From Octopus vulgaris (lineage: Eukaryota): a DNA stretch of 64,000 nucleotides. The notes under the pieces are model-generated. The model was not told the DNA's origin and did not search any database. It saw only the letters and a program-made list of their open reading frames with translations. The translations under genes were made by a program, and so were the position numbers. The stretch is taken from positions 135,966,001-136,030,000 of the forward strand of contig OX597816.1 of assembly GCA_951406725.2 (NCBI GenBank). The letters are read 5' to 3'. Every line of letters begins with the position of its first letter. The first letter of the stretch is position 1. Positions 26,681 through 41,157 of the stretch are shown one piece after another.

Positions 26681-29600
26681 TAATAATATTGGTTATTATT
26701 ATTATTATTATTATTTGTTTATCAGCAGAGCATTAAAAAAAAAGAGAAAGAAAACATTACACAACAAGAACTCAAACAATGAGTGACACAAATATTCATT
26801 CAGATAAAGGATAGTGTGGATTATAAAGTTGCATAAAGCCATTGTTAAAAAAAAAAGCAACATATACAATTAATAAATAAAACAAAATACCCAAGAATGA
26901 AAACAAGTGAGTAGGGGGTGGGGAGCAGTGATGCTGATAATGTTAGGACATTGTCTGCCACATCCACTCGCTGTTAACCACCCCAAAATGGACTTTCTTT
27001 GTAAGAACAAAAATACCAGAATGTACCTTTTAGACTAAGACTGCTTTCACCAAAATATTTGGTGGTTAGGATCCACTTACCAAATAAGAGATGTGGGCAC
27101 TGCAAAAATCCAAGCTGAAAACCTCATCTGTATCAGCCTTACACATCTGGGAGGGCTTACAAAGGTAATGAACATTGCTCCAACTTTCTAGAGTAGTTCC
27201 ACCTCTCTGGTGCTAAGTCTAGAAACTTTTTAAATCCTTTTATTGCAGAAATCAGATATATCCCCTCAAATTTTCATTAGCATTAACTGCAGGAAGCAGT
27301 TTTATATACTAATATATCTTTTGTTAAAGAATACCTTGTTTCAAACTATTTTCTCTTGAGATATGTCAAGTTTATTGAAGCAATGTGACTTGCAGAAAAT
27401 ACCAATTCTATTTTTATGGTAAATATTCAATATCATTACAGGAGCAACAATGAAATTTGATTTCACAGTTAAAGAGCTAAATTAATTGGTCAACAGCTAC
27501 TGGTTAATTGTTAACCAAAAATGAGATGTAATATTGTCATGCTTTTGTTAACACAATTTTTGTTAGCAATTATATTGGTAAATAATATAAGATTTTATTT
27601 ATATCAATATTTTTTATATTGTCACAATAAAATGCTCAAAAACCATGTCAGACAATATACTAAAATTACATGGCACATTATATCCACTGACGTTTGTTTA
27701 AAGTTATTCATTTTTTCCAAAATTTTACTGTTTCAAAAACTTTCTTGATTCTATTGTCTAATATGATCTTCTTGGTTAAATATTTGAATAATAATTTGAA
27801 TATCTAATATGGAGATAATTTCAGTTACAATGTGACCTTCATCAAAATTTAACACATTTATTGTACTAAATTCATTTGAAATTCTGTTTCTCTAGTTAAC
27901 CATGATGGATGCTGAACAATGACACTGATAAATACCAAATGTAAGTTGATGAACATGAAATTAAAGTTAATAGTGAAATCGAAGTTGACAATGACAAATT
28001 TCAAGTTGATAATGATGTAATCAAGATAGACAATAACGAAACAGAGGCTAATGATGACGAGAATGAGGTTTATGTTGATAATGTAAAATTTGAGGGAAAC
28101 CTTTTATATGCATATATGTACATAAATAAATGTGTGTGTATGTGTGACTGTGTGTGTGTACATATATAGAATTGCTGACAACATTATATTGGCCTAACAA
28201 GTATAACCCTCTATAGAAGGCTGACATTACACCACCAACAAATTAAGGAACCATATACAAGAAAATCTTTCCAGAGTTAATGTAGATAATTATTTGAGAC
28301 AAACCTTAGCATTTATTATTATTTCTCTGTTTTACTAGTATAGCAATTCAATACGGGAACAATAATAGATCAATAAAGAAACACAATCTACACAAAACTA
28401 TCATCTGGAATTAAATGTATTGTATTTTAATTGACATTACTTATTACAGCCCTTGTAACTAATATGCTTACATTAATAATGCTAAGGGGAAAATCTGTGG
28501 TTATTTTGAAACTATATAAAAACATTTAGTAACCCTAAATATTCTCTTAATACAGTTCAAAAAGATTGGTTAAGATTTGTGACTATTTTTGTTTTATATT
28601 GCATTTTTAAATTATGTAACAACATTAGTGCAATTAAACTTTTTTAATTATTTCAGCATGGCTGCAGCTTTCAAGCTGAATCTGATTAAAGAATTAAACA
28701 CACACACAACCACTCCCCCTATCTTAAGATTCTCCCACTCTCAATTGACATTCATCACTCTCTGCAACTATTAGCCCACATCTGTTACTATCCATTACTC
28801 AATCTCTCTCTCATACACAAACACACCAGCAAACATGTAACTACTATCACTATCTCTTTTCCATTATCACCTGCAATTGTCTCTCTTACATTACTCTCGC
28901 CAGTATTATTACTCTCTCAATACCTTTCTCTAGCACCCTCTCAGCCCAATCATATTCGTAAATCCTTCACTCACTCTGGTCCTTCTGTCAAAACTATCTC
29001 TTATATTCAACCACTGCCTTAATTGAACAGAGACACTGCAGAAGAGAGAGGCACAAGGCAACCTCATTAATGTCAGTGCCATGATAAAGTATAACCAATA
29101 CACTCTATTAAGTGATGTGCTAAAAGTGGAATGTTTAAGTGAGACGTGGTTCACACTCGTTTATGAACCGCAAGAAAATCGCCATAATACCAATATGCCA
29201 TCAATATCCTTCTACCTTTCATTTCCTTATATTATTTCAATATTCAATCCTTTTATTTATTTATTGAGCCAAATTTTCTGTCAAATTCCTACTCTTGTGT
29301 CCAGCAGTTTGGCTGAGGCTTACTTCCCTTCAATCTTTCCAGAGTAATTCCCCTTGTCCTGATGTATAGCTAGCTCTCACTTCACTGTTTCTTCAGACTT
29401 GTTATATACTGTGAGGCCAAACACGATTTGTGTTGTGTTCTGTAGTATTGTTTTTGTTTTGAAAATACTATACAGGTAGACATGACATATTTAAGGAGTT
29501 ATACTCTTTTAGTCTTGGCAGCATTATCTCAGAAAGTGATAATATACCAACATATTTAAATATACCAATACTGACTGATGGAGAGAAAAGAATGATTGCC

Positions 29601-30926
29601 AGCCAATCTAACAAACAAGGGCATGCTATATATCAATATATCAATCCTAGGAGACATTATATCTCTAGAACTGAAGAAATTATCCAGATATAAAAACCCA
29701 GAAATCACAACATCAAGAATCAATGTGGTTGCAATGATAAAAGGACACAGAGACAATGAGAATATACACATAGCATACAAAAACAGCAATTCTGTCCACT
29801 GAAAATATTTTATATAGAATACTATGAATATAATGAAAACAGATACAAGAACTGCACATATCCAAGGCATATAAACTATACCTGGTTATACACTGAAAGC
29901 ATGCAATAAATAAGACTTACTGAAATAATAGTGAAGATGATGATGAAAATTAATTTTTAAAAAATGGTTGTAATAACAAAATAATAATAATAACAACAAT
30001 AACAATTATGAATGTGAGTTGTAAGTACAATTTAGATAGAGCAAGGAGTTTTTAGAGTATGTTTATGAAAATGAGGGGGAAAAAAATCAATAGATTTACT
30101 ACAATAATTTCTAAGAACATGTACAAGATCAATAACGTTAGTATGATAGATGCAGATGTTTTGATAATACTAGATTGTTCTTACTATCTGTGAGTGAGGT
30201 AAAATGTTACTGAGTAAATAACGAAATCTGTAGAATGAAGGTAGAGTGTGATGACATGCCCCATCCCAGAGTATTTCCATGGAATCTAAAGGGAATTAAT
30301 TTTAGCAGCATATGGTAAAAAATTGTCTTGATTTAAAGAAAATCAGTAAAAATTCAATTGTAAATTGAAAGTAAAATTTTTTTTAGATTTTTCTGTCAGA
30401 AAGATGCAAAATTAAGAGCAACTGAGACATCAAATAAATACAATTTAGCAAATACAAATAGTATAGAAAATATAGGGTTAAAATGAAAACATGCTATTAG
30501 ATAAAGGAGAGATAATTTTTCAGTGAAAGACAGGAAAAGGAAACATGCAGAAGAAAATATGTGCAGAAGTAATGCATGCTGCAGATAATTGACACTAAAA
30601 TTGTTACAGTAATACAGCAAAAGCAATGGCTATTTGTTCCACTTGGAAGCAAGCTGGGGGTGGCAGGCAGAAAATTTAAGTTTTCCTTTTTTCATTTTTC
30701 ATTTTTGTATCAAAAAATTATTCTTTCCTGCAAGCCAATTTTAATTCCCGTTACACAAGAAATGGAAAAATTAATAAAATAAAAAGCTCCTAGTTGACAG
30801 TTCCACAGAGTTTGCTAATTTCCACTGTAGTGTACCAATATTATCAAGACACAATTGATAAAGTAGCACTTAATAAAAAAAAGTGACTACTATGATAAAT
30901 TCGAAGAAGGAATTTAAAATTCTGAC

Positions 30927-31679
30927 CTGCTGGGGTGGAACCATTCCGTCCTGTGCCCCCACTGCTAAGACCTGCTAAGTGGTTACTCTCTGTGGAGGCC
31001 GAAGGCTGCTTTGTCAAAAACTGGTCATCCCACATAGCTCTAACTTTTGTCATATAGCCAGAGCAATTTCCATCACCCAAAGAGTGGAGGGCAAAAGCTG
31101 TATTGTATACATCTGAATGAAAACTTTTGGAAACTAGAGCAGGAGGAACCGACCTGGAGCGTGATGTCTTTATAGCATTCCCAGGCTCAAAGTCAAGAGA
31201 AGTGTTAGTGGCTTTAGCAGTGCTACTACATTCCAAAGGGTTCGAAATTAATCCTTCACCTTGATAGGGCCCATTGCTAAAACCAGTATCATCGTCAACC
31301 ATGTTGAGTTTGTCTGGTAGGGAACTGCCGGTTAGTGTTGAACTACCACTGCTCTGGGTACCGATAGTATCTGCTGAAGGCCGATGAAGATTTAAAGTGC
31401 TTGTATGAGCAGACTGTGTACTTAGCTCAGACAAAGGAATCACAGATGTTGTCAGTGACATTGATGTTCCTGCAGTAGAAGTGCTTGATTGGGCAGGAGC
31501 AGATTTTTTGTGCAGCGGTGGTATTTGCCCACTTAATGAACGCTTGTGGCAAGATGAAGGAGAAGGGAGATCACTTATTTGGTGGTGAGTACTGGCATCA
31601 GAGGAGAGTGTTGTTGGTTGTTGTAAGGTGATGTTATTGGTTGCGACTGAGGCCGTGGCTGTCAAGTGAAATTGTACGT
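30927..31679 (-). CDS. ARHGAP17/ARHGAP44-like: RhoGAP gene large symmetric exon, Ser/Thr-rich tail: (D)VQFHLTATA...GRNGSTPA
   Basis: Within ORF 30844..31710; ttattag|AC...GCAG|gtcaga; 753 nt, phase 1->1; visibly higher GC than the flanking intron. Confidence 0.85.
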
Positions 31680-33133
31680 CTAATAAAAATGGAGATGAAA
31701 AAATAAACATTAATTCTGGATAAATAATAATGAAATAGAAAAAACTCCATAAAATTAATTTTAAGCAAAGTTTCTTCTATAAAGTGGTTTCCATGACAAC
31801 TAAACTTACTGCACTGGAAATTCGAACAACTGCTAGTATTGACTGGTTGATTGATTGATGATCAACAGGGAATTTGAAATAAAATAGTATTGGAAAGAAG
31901 GAAAGACTGAGTCAAGTAATAAATAATTAAACATCAATAAAAGAAAAAACAGTAACAGCTGTTTTTACAGTTTAGAAAAGTACCTTAAAAAAAATATATA
32001 TATATGTATTAGCAATTTCAACGTGATGTTTCTTATTTGAAATTTGAATTTCAAATATTTTCAACTTCGAGAATGAAGAATAAAAAATAATAAGTATCTT
32101 CAGAGAAATCCAAAGTGAAAATCAACAAAAAATGGCATTAACATGCAGATTATTTATAGATTCCTCTGTATGGATATGCTAGAAAAAAAAAGTACAGTCA
32201 CATTAATAAAAGAAGGATTGGTTTAAATATTTAAAGCATAAAAATTTAAAATGATTAGATTAATAATTGAACAAAATAAATATCATAAACTATTATCTCT
32301 CTTCCCTTTAACTATAAAGTTTTATGCCTTATCAAGATATATTTATAATATAATATCTTGATATTACATATGACTGCTGTTTCGTAAAAGATCCTGACCA
32401 GGTCATGCATGAACTAAGTTTACTGCATCATAAGTCAAAGAAGAATGAAAGTATACTGACTTGGGTGGAGAAGTCTATGATAACAAAGATTTCCTTAGAA
32501 AAATAATGAATTACTTAGATTTACAAAGAAGAGAGAAGATAAATATCATGGAGTAGTGTTACCAAAATATTGTGATACCAATATTCACCTTAGTGACTAC
32601 AAATATTAGAGATTTTCTCTGGGTAGTACAAATGTAAAAAGCCAAAACACCATCATTAACTGTAGAAAACAACCAAAGTTTATCAAAACTAGCAAACATT
32701 TACAACCCTCTTAAAATAACAATAACAACATTGTATCATAAGCAAAAATAAATTCAAAGAGAAATAATTAAATACACATACTTTGACAAATTCAACAAGC
32801 TAAAGCTGCACACTAGAATAGACTATAAATGCCCAATAGAAACTTTTCAACGATCCAGTACAAAAACAAAAACAATAAAAAAACAACTCAACACTTACAA
32901 ACCACTGTACCTGAAAACATAACTTCTTTCCTCACAATGAGAATATAATGGCTAAAGTATAAAAAAAAAACAACGACCAAAAAGCCATCTAAACACACAG
33001 CAAACATTCACAAGTAAATAAATATTCAGTAATTAGAGGTCAAGACTCGAAATGAAGTTGGTGCTCCAGAGTACATGAAAAATTGTGGAAGAAATAAAAG
33101 CATAAATATAGAAATAAAACCATTCCATTGGAT

Positions 33134-33737
33134 AGGGTGGATGTGAAGCAGCTAACAGCAACAGCAAGACTTGGCTGGGTGAAGTTCAGGGAATGTGGAG
33201 CACTGTTATATGGGAAAAGGTTCTCATTGAAGATGAAAGGAAAGGTGTATAGGAATTGTGTGTGAGCTGCAATGCTGTATGGGAGTGAAACATGGTGTTT
33301 GAGGGAGAGAGAGATGGCAATTTTGAGAAGGACTGAGAGAGCAATAGTGAGAGAAATGTGTGGGGTGAAGCTGTTTGATAAGAGGAGGACTGAGGACTTG
33401 ATGGGGGATGCTGGGGTTGGAGGAGTCAGTGGAACAGCTGGCAAGGGCGAATGGAGTGCAGTGGTATGGACATGTGTTGAGGAGGGATGAGGAGCATGTT
33501 CTGAAGAGGGTGCTAGACTTTGAGGTAAATGGACAGCGAAAGTAAAGTAGAATGAAAAAAATGTGGAGGGGACAGGTTGAGGAGGAGATTAGGAAAGTTG
33601 GCTTGAGAAAGGAGGATGCCCAAAACCAGGCAAGATGGCGAGATGGTGTGAGGGTAGTTGCTATGGTACTGAGGTAGATCCAGCTACCCCCATTAACGGG
33701 GACAAAACCCAGATACAAAATGATTGATGATGATGAT
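33134..33737 (+). mobile_element. 5'-truncated RTE-clade LINE fragment
   Basis: GWVKFRECGALLYGKRFSLKMKGKVY...AMLYGSETWCL...WYGHVLRRDEEHVLKRVLDFEV, then a (GAT)n tail. Confidence 0.88.
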
Positions 33738-35889
33738 GTAAATGTCTGTACCAAAAGTGAAATGCAAACTACTTTGCGATACTTGAAGGACTCTCAAGAG
33801 CTGAGAGCCTTATGCTGAGTAAGAAAAACAAAGTATATGTGGAGTGTAAGGATAATGTGAAGGAGTGAAATAAATGCTGTAGTTCTGGTATATAGAAAAG
33901 TTCCTGATGCATGATGCTGTTGACCAAATTGCTTATAGTATGCAAATAAGATGCAAATGACAGCATTATGGTATAGCAAAATACACAAATTAAAAGATAT
34001 TAGCAACTGGGGGGAAACAAATATATTAAACGACACAAGACAGAAAGTAAAAGTGGAGAAAGAGGCAATGGTAATAACAATGATGATGATAAGGAGAAAG
34101 ACAAAATATATCTGAGAATGAAACAGTGCATCTGATTTATTAAGGACAATGCTTACAATAATTTGTACTGAGGTCAGACAGATGGATGGAGAAACAGATG
34201 AATGTTAACTTCATGAGTTTATGGAAGGCATATTTCAGAAAATAGATTTATTTTAGAATCTAAACATAATAGAAGTAATAATAGTAATCAATATATTTTG
34301 ACCATTTCATTGTTGAAATACAGAAGTGGATTAATGAACTTGCAAAAAGTCTCCAGGACTGGTATGGGAAGAAAAGTGGCATTGCTGGAGTGCTTGCTAT
34401 AAGAGTAGACTCTGCTAAAGACACCCAAAGGCTATAAGGTAGTGTTAAGCAAGAAAAATAGAACAAAATAAGAAGGAAGTCATTGAATATACACTGTGTA
34501 TATCCTGCAAAAGCTGCAATGCTTGCATCTTCTTACAAGGGCATCTGAGAGGGAAAAAAATGTAATAAGTTGTGAAGACTGGATCAAAGAAGAGGTGAAG
34601 AAGTTGGGTTAGTACATAAAGAATAGTTCAAATGTGTAAAAAAATAAACAAGATTACAACATGGTGATGGTTAGAGGAAAGCAATCTCAAGCCAAACACT
34701 GAAATTTTCATATTTACAGAATGTTACATCAAGTTTTGTACAAGCAAAACAACTGTATCCTCACTCAAGGCTATGTGGTAAATTAGTGAAAATGTTTCTC
34801 ATAGGTGCAGGTGTGGTTATGTGGTAAGAAGTGTGTTTGCAAACCACATGGTTTCAGGTTCAGTCCCAATGAATGAAACCTAGGGCATGTATCTTCTACT
34901 AGAGCCCTGGTTCAACTAAAATCTTGTAAGCCTGTCATATATATGTGTAAGTGTCAGTTTGAAAATGAGTGTCACCATAATGCAAGTGGTGTCCTTCATT
35001 TCTAATCTTCTGTGAAAGCACAAGTGGTCATGGAGAAATATTACCTTATTCAGAAACAGGTGAGGGTAGGCAACAGGAAGGGTATCTGGCCATACAAATC
35101 CTTCTCAATAAATTCTGTCCAACCCAACCAAGCATGGAAAAGTGGACATTGAAACAACAATGATGATGGTGATGATTACCCATATCATATCAAAGTGTGT
35201 AAAAAGTTAGTTTAAGATGAGTATAAATGGTCCTTCTTGAATTGGATTGGAAGATTAAGTAGTGGAGGGAATATGATGTAGCTATAACCTGGAGTATGTT
35301 ACAGAGGATGAAGAAATTAGTATTTTGTGAGAGTTTCACATCAGATATGATGTATAGAGGAGAACATAGATTGACATTATGAATAATGAAAATGAATTAC
35401 TTGAATATAGAAGTGGCAATCAGGAAACTTCAGCAGGAAACTTTAAGATGATGTGAAAACAAAATATAATCATAAATCAGGACACTGAAGTATGAAGAAA
35501 TCAATCCATTACTAACAGGGGCACTAAGTTAGCAAAAGGGTTACAGTTGAGAACTTAGGTTACTGGCTGTGAGCTTTCAAGAAAAACATAACAGTAAAGC
35601 AGAAAAATTTCAAGGATGGCAATATCTTTTTGACCAGATACAAGAACATATTTTGTCTGGTAGCATGCATAGTTAATTTAAATTGAACTCTTGCACTCAG
35701 CTTATCAAGCACAAAAAGTGGCATTATAATGCAAAACTGTATTGCCTCAAAACCAGAGGCATTTTTGTCAAGTACTATTTTTAAGTACTTGAATACTGGA
35801 AAATAATTAAAATATTTCATTATAGCACATCACACCAAATTATCAAAGACTATATAGCAATAAATTTACCTGACAAATGCAAAAATTGA

Positions 35890-36109
35890 TAAACTCTTTG
35901 GCATTTAAACTGACCATATCCAGCCAAAATACTCTACTTGCTTTATATCCAAACTGGCCAGATCTAGCCTTTTATACCTACCCTAAAATGTCCTTTTAAA
36001 CATAAACAATCACATCATCAAAATTCATGGCTACATTATAATGCAGGATAAATTCAAAATAATGTGAATAAATGAGCCTTACATTTGACAGAGTAATCTA
36101 AAGGGTTAA
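35890..36109 (+). mobile_element. TTAA-type MITE
   Basis: Ends AAAGGG-TTAA; internal sequence matches the copy at 22935. Confidence 0.72.
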
Positions 36110-37492
36110 TGTTTAAAACGATAAAAATTGAGAGGAAACAAAACCAAACTTCATAATTTTTATTCTATCATAGATGTTATACTATCCAGTTTATCTTAAC
36201 GCCTCCATTAGCAATAGCTTCTACACAATGAATACATGACTAGAAGTGGTGTACAACGAATTTACAACAAGTATATCCTCCAAACTGTTTATCAGTAATA
36301 ACTGCAATTATTAGAGCACCGGCTATCACGTGATGAAAATTAAACTATCACACAGTTCATGGTACACATCTTACTATGGGATCAAAAGTACCCATTGCAA
36401 TGCTAGCATAGGTTCAGTTTAGTGTGAGAGGATGATGTGGGCAATAAGTTTGGAAATATCAGAATAGAATCCAAATGCAATGAGTTCAAGGTATCATAAG
36501 AATTGCATTATTTTTCTACTTTAATAACGCCATTTAAACTTATATGAAATGTGCATCATTGTGTCATCAGATTTGAAGAATTGGTTAAGATGAGAAGCCT
36601 ATTGTAAAATATGTATTCTAACAAATCATGAAAATCTGTAAATGAGTAGAAACAATCAAGTATGGGAAACGTGATGTAAAATGTCAAAAATAAAATTATA
36701 AACAAATGAATCAATAATTATTTTCCAGCTTTTCCAATCTAATTAGTAAAATATGAAGTGATAAGAATTTAGAATGGAATCACTATACAAGAAAACTATG
36801 CCTTTTAGCCAACTGACTGGTAGAAGTTGTGAAGCAGTAGACAAAATATTTTACAATATTTTTTTTATTCCCAAATTAAAAATACAATCCAACCAGGACT
36901 AGTTTTGGTTATTATCCCCCTATGAGTGAAAATAAGTAAGATGCATATAGTGATTAATTCAATAAACTATACTCTCCTTTTCAAATATGTGGCAATGTTA
37001 AAAATCAATATTGATAAATGATGAGACATAATATAAATAGTTGAACAGCAAACTTCAAACAACAGAGGAAATAATTTTTTTTTCAAAAACTGAAGACCAA
37101 GATTTATATATAAATTGTGAGCATGAAAATTACTTTTGAATAAAACCCAGGAAAATAAGTTCAAAAATATATCATTACTGTCATCTCAATTAGTCAAAAC
37201 TTATTAAACCTGATGTGTTTTTCAGTAGAAAATTAATATATGTAAAAACAATAAAAACAGACAAAATATATTATTGATAAAGAGGAAAAACATATACGAA
37301 AAGAAAACTATTCAGCTTATTTGACTGGAAAAAAATAGTTTTTTTAGTTACACATCTGCAAAGCAACAAAAGAAATTCAGATGAAAAAAATATATACTAA
37401 TCTTTAAGGAGACTTAGATTTTAACAAGTTTGTTTTCTGTTGTAATTTTATTCTTAAATTAATAATCCTTCCCTACTATAACACACAATATT

Positions 37493-37707
37493 GGTTTCTA
37501 ATTTTGGCACAAGGCCAGCAATTTCAGTGGAGGGGGAAAATCAATTGCATCAACCCCAGTGCACAACTGGTACTTATTTTATTAACCACAAAAGGATGAA
37601 AGGCAAAGTCAACCTCGGCAAAATTTGAACTCAGAACTTAAGGATGGATAAAATGTTGCTAAGCATTTTGCCTGGCATGCTAATGATTCTGCCAGTTCAC
37701 TGCCTTT
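37493..37707 (-). mobile_element. Full SINE family A copy with perfect 17-bp TSD
   Basis: CTATAACACACAATATT at 37476-37492 and 37708-37724. Confidence 0.9.
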
Positions 37708-40315
37708 CTATAACACACAATATTAACAAGCTATAATAAGCAAGATACTGAACAGAATTTTATGCCTATTTAATAAAATATAATAGATGTTCCAATGTAT
37801 GACTATCTCTTCATATAACACACTAACAGTATATAAAGGTTAGATTTAGTTGGTTGATGTAGGAGAAAGAAGACATAGCAACATTAGACATAATTGAAAT
37901 AGCTACCATGTTTATCATGTTTTCAAACCGAAGTTTGCTAAATCACCCAAACCAAATAGTTTTCTTGAATTCAATATCAATTCAAGAATGAAATATCCAA
38001 AGGTGATGATGAAACAAAGAATATTATGCAAAAGACCTAAATAATATGAAAACATTTATTTTTATTATTTAACGTACTATTAGACATACCACTGAGACAA
38101 TTTTAAACAAAACATTCTTTTTGAAAGAGAAATTGCCACTGTCAAGACATGCTGAGGATGGGAGATAAAGTATAATAGTCAAACAATTAGAAGCAATATT
38201 TCTCAGCACATTGTCACATCAATATCATTAGGAATTTTATATACAGGTAGAGTTATAAATAGGCATATACATCACTCTCTCTCTCTCTCTGAAAATATTA
38301 TATACAACCCCATAGCTGACGTAAATTACAGATCAATGCAAATTTGATTTTAAATGATTAAGGAAAGAAGCTGATGTAATTTTTATGCAAACAGGAATAA
38401 TAAGTCAATAGTTTCCTTCAATAATTATGCAGTCTGCTGCTGGTATGTTGGGTGTGGTAGAATGCTGTCTTCATGCAAAAGTATGTTTTGGTCATGACTG
38501 GAATATTTAAACTTAACTCCAGCACAAAAATTCTTGAATATGGCATACAGTTTTTAAGTGATATGCAATTTTTGACAGATTCCAAGCATTACACAAGATT
38601 AAATAAATTTAAAATTACCTAGTTGTAATATTTTTTTAGTCAAAATATACACTTAATAGATTTTAAAACAATTCATGAGGCTTCTTAATTTTTTGATTAG
38701 AATTATATGTATAAATATATATACATGCATCATTTGAAGACATGGTGCGTGATAAAAAAATCAAAGAAAGAGGTAGAGGGTTGGTACCAACAAACCGTTT
38801 TCTAGAATCATTATTTTAATGATTCAGATGATGATTTTTCAGTTTCATCTTTATAAGTTGGCTCTCTGAGTGATGAAGATCCTAAAGAGAACACTTAGGA
38901 GGAATATTTAGCTTTGGAGCCTTTACTAATAATGAGACAGTGTTAGACTTACATAACATTTTGACAATAATTCAAACCTGTTTATAGATTTACAACATTA
39001 TTTTATTGATAAGATAGGATGAAAAATGGATTCATTAGATTTTTATTATTATTTGAAACTGATTTCTGTTATTAACACAAAAATAAAACATAAAAAAGCT
39101 ACAAAGGAAAATGTTTTGAGATGTTCAGAGTAAAAAAAAAAATATAATTCTTTGCTTATTATTTTTTTTTTGTTTTTTGTCACTGTATTTAAGAAGGAAC
39201 TGTTTTATCTATATCATCATTCTACCATTCTTGAATCGAAAAGAAGAGAAGTGAGGGAAACAGGCATTGTTAATGAGATTTAGAGTTTGAAGGTTAATGT
39301 ATGGTGAGATCACAATACATGGGAGAGAAGGGGCCACCTCTGTTTTGATAACAGGTCTAATGAAATAAATAGTTCTGGTGAAAAGAAGCAGGAGGTGGGT
39401 GAAATAAGATGGCATTCTACCAAACAATTCTGAAAAATAGAACACCTAATAGTATCAGTAGAAAAAGCACAAGAGCACAATATGACAGTGGGGACGATTT
39501 ATGAAGATTTTTCTATAAATAAAAGTTTATCTATGAGGAAGATGGCTTTTCAAAAACAATCTAAGATGCAGGTAATCAAAACAAGTGAACCAATATAAGA
39601 AAAGTGTTTATATTGTGCAACATACTCTGCCCTGCAGAGCAACTATAGCTTAGATATTTATAGTTCTGAAGATGGAAAACCAGGTCACCTAGACATAGCT
39701 TTCATAATATTAAGAATATATGAAAGGCCAGTGAAAATAGTGTGTTCAAACATGTGAAGTTGTTTGGTAGTGTGGTGCAGTTATCTGTCCTTGAAAAATG
39801 TAATATTTGCCTTGAGTTTGTTACCAGATTACACAGGGACATATATTTTGAATTAGACCAAAAATTATTAAAATGCTTTTGTGGATAACATTTATATATA
39901 ATGTGTATACAGACACAGACAGTCACTAGCTATAATATTTTGTCTCAGAGAAACATTTCAAAAGGACTTGTGTATTATAAAAACAAGATTTTGGTCAAAA
40001 TGTCAATCAGTAAAAACTGTTTCAATTGAGTTCATTTTATGTTTGATCAGAAATATTAAAAATAAATTGAGTGAAAACTAACAACTGAAATGTCACATGA
40101 AAAAAAAAAAAAAAAATTGAAGAATATTTCTTCATTTTTAAATGAAATATTAAATATATATAGGAAACTAAATAATGTAAGTATAATACTTCAATATTGA
40201 CTGGTAACTAGGGAATAAATTCTGTGAGAAAACTGAAAAAGAAAAACATAGAAATTTCTATCAATGTTAATAAATGAAAAACAGATTTAAAAATTCATAA
40301 ATAAATATATCTTAC

Positions 40316-40395
40316 CTCCAGGAAAAATGTAATCAGCATTGTTGATTATTGTTTCAATAATGACACTAAAATTACCAGTTGATAGTACTGTTGGA
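40316..40395 (-). CDS. ARHGAP17/ARHGAP44-like: RhoGAP gene exon (end of GAP): (L)PTVLSTGNFSVIIETIINNADYIFPG(D)
   Basis: cattcag|T...GGAG|gtaaga; 80 nt, phase 2->1; resembles IEPIIQHADWFFP. Confidence 0.94.
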
Positions 40396-41157
40396 CTGAA
40401 TGAAAAATATATCAATAAATGAAAAATTCCATAGATATAATCAGGTAAATACAATTATTCTCTCTTTTGGTATAATAATTTAATTACCAAATAATAAACC
40501 TTTAGCATTTAAACCAGCCATATCCGGCCCAAATATTCTGTTTTGTGTTCAGACAGACCAGATCTGGCCTCTCACACCTATACTACAACATCTCAAAGTT
40601 ACAAGACAATACATGATTAATTCAAAACAAAAAGATTAATTATTTTTCTTTCAGATACTTTAAATCAGGCATGGCCCATCATCAGGCAGGCTGCACAACT
40701 AAAATAAAAAATCCAAGATAATTTTTTTCGTTCAGATTGACATTCACGAGTCCTACAGGTTACAAGTTGCCCATGGCTGGTTTAAATGTTAACAGAACCT
40801 GTTATAATGCTAACTTGAGGTTGGATTTAGGTTGAAGGAAATAACTGAAGGGGATAAAGTAGTTCAAAGGTCATGCGGTCATATTTTTGCTGCAGGAATC
40901 TTTGAAAAGGACATGTAATTGTTTTCATCATGGCTATAATATGAAATACAATAACATTCATACACAAAACTTCTCTTGGAACCCTCTAAACCACTGTTTT
41001 TAACACTACATGCATACAACCACCATTTGAAGAAACTTAGTGGGTAACTTAAGCCAAACAAGATCCTTCAGACATTACTCCAAAATAATGTGCTCTTCAA
41101 GTTACTCCTAATCAAAAACACATCAATGTTTCTCACATTATTTAGTCCATTATGCAC

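Noticed and set aside
34260-34640. 68-aa minus ORF as an exon
   Set aside because: More likely the antisense of an old LINE remnant; no supporting motif.
39209-39445. 78-aa minus ORF with a phase-1 acceptor at ~39429 as an extra exon
   Set aside because: Composition looks like random AT-rich intron translation, with no family motif and no clear donor.
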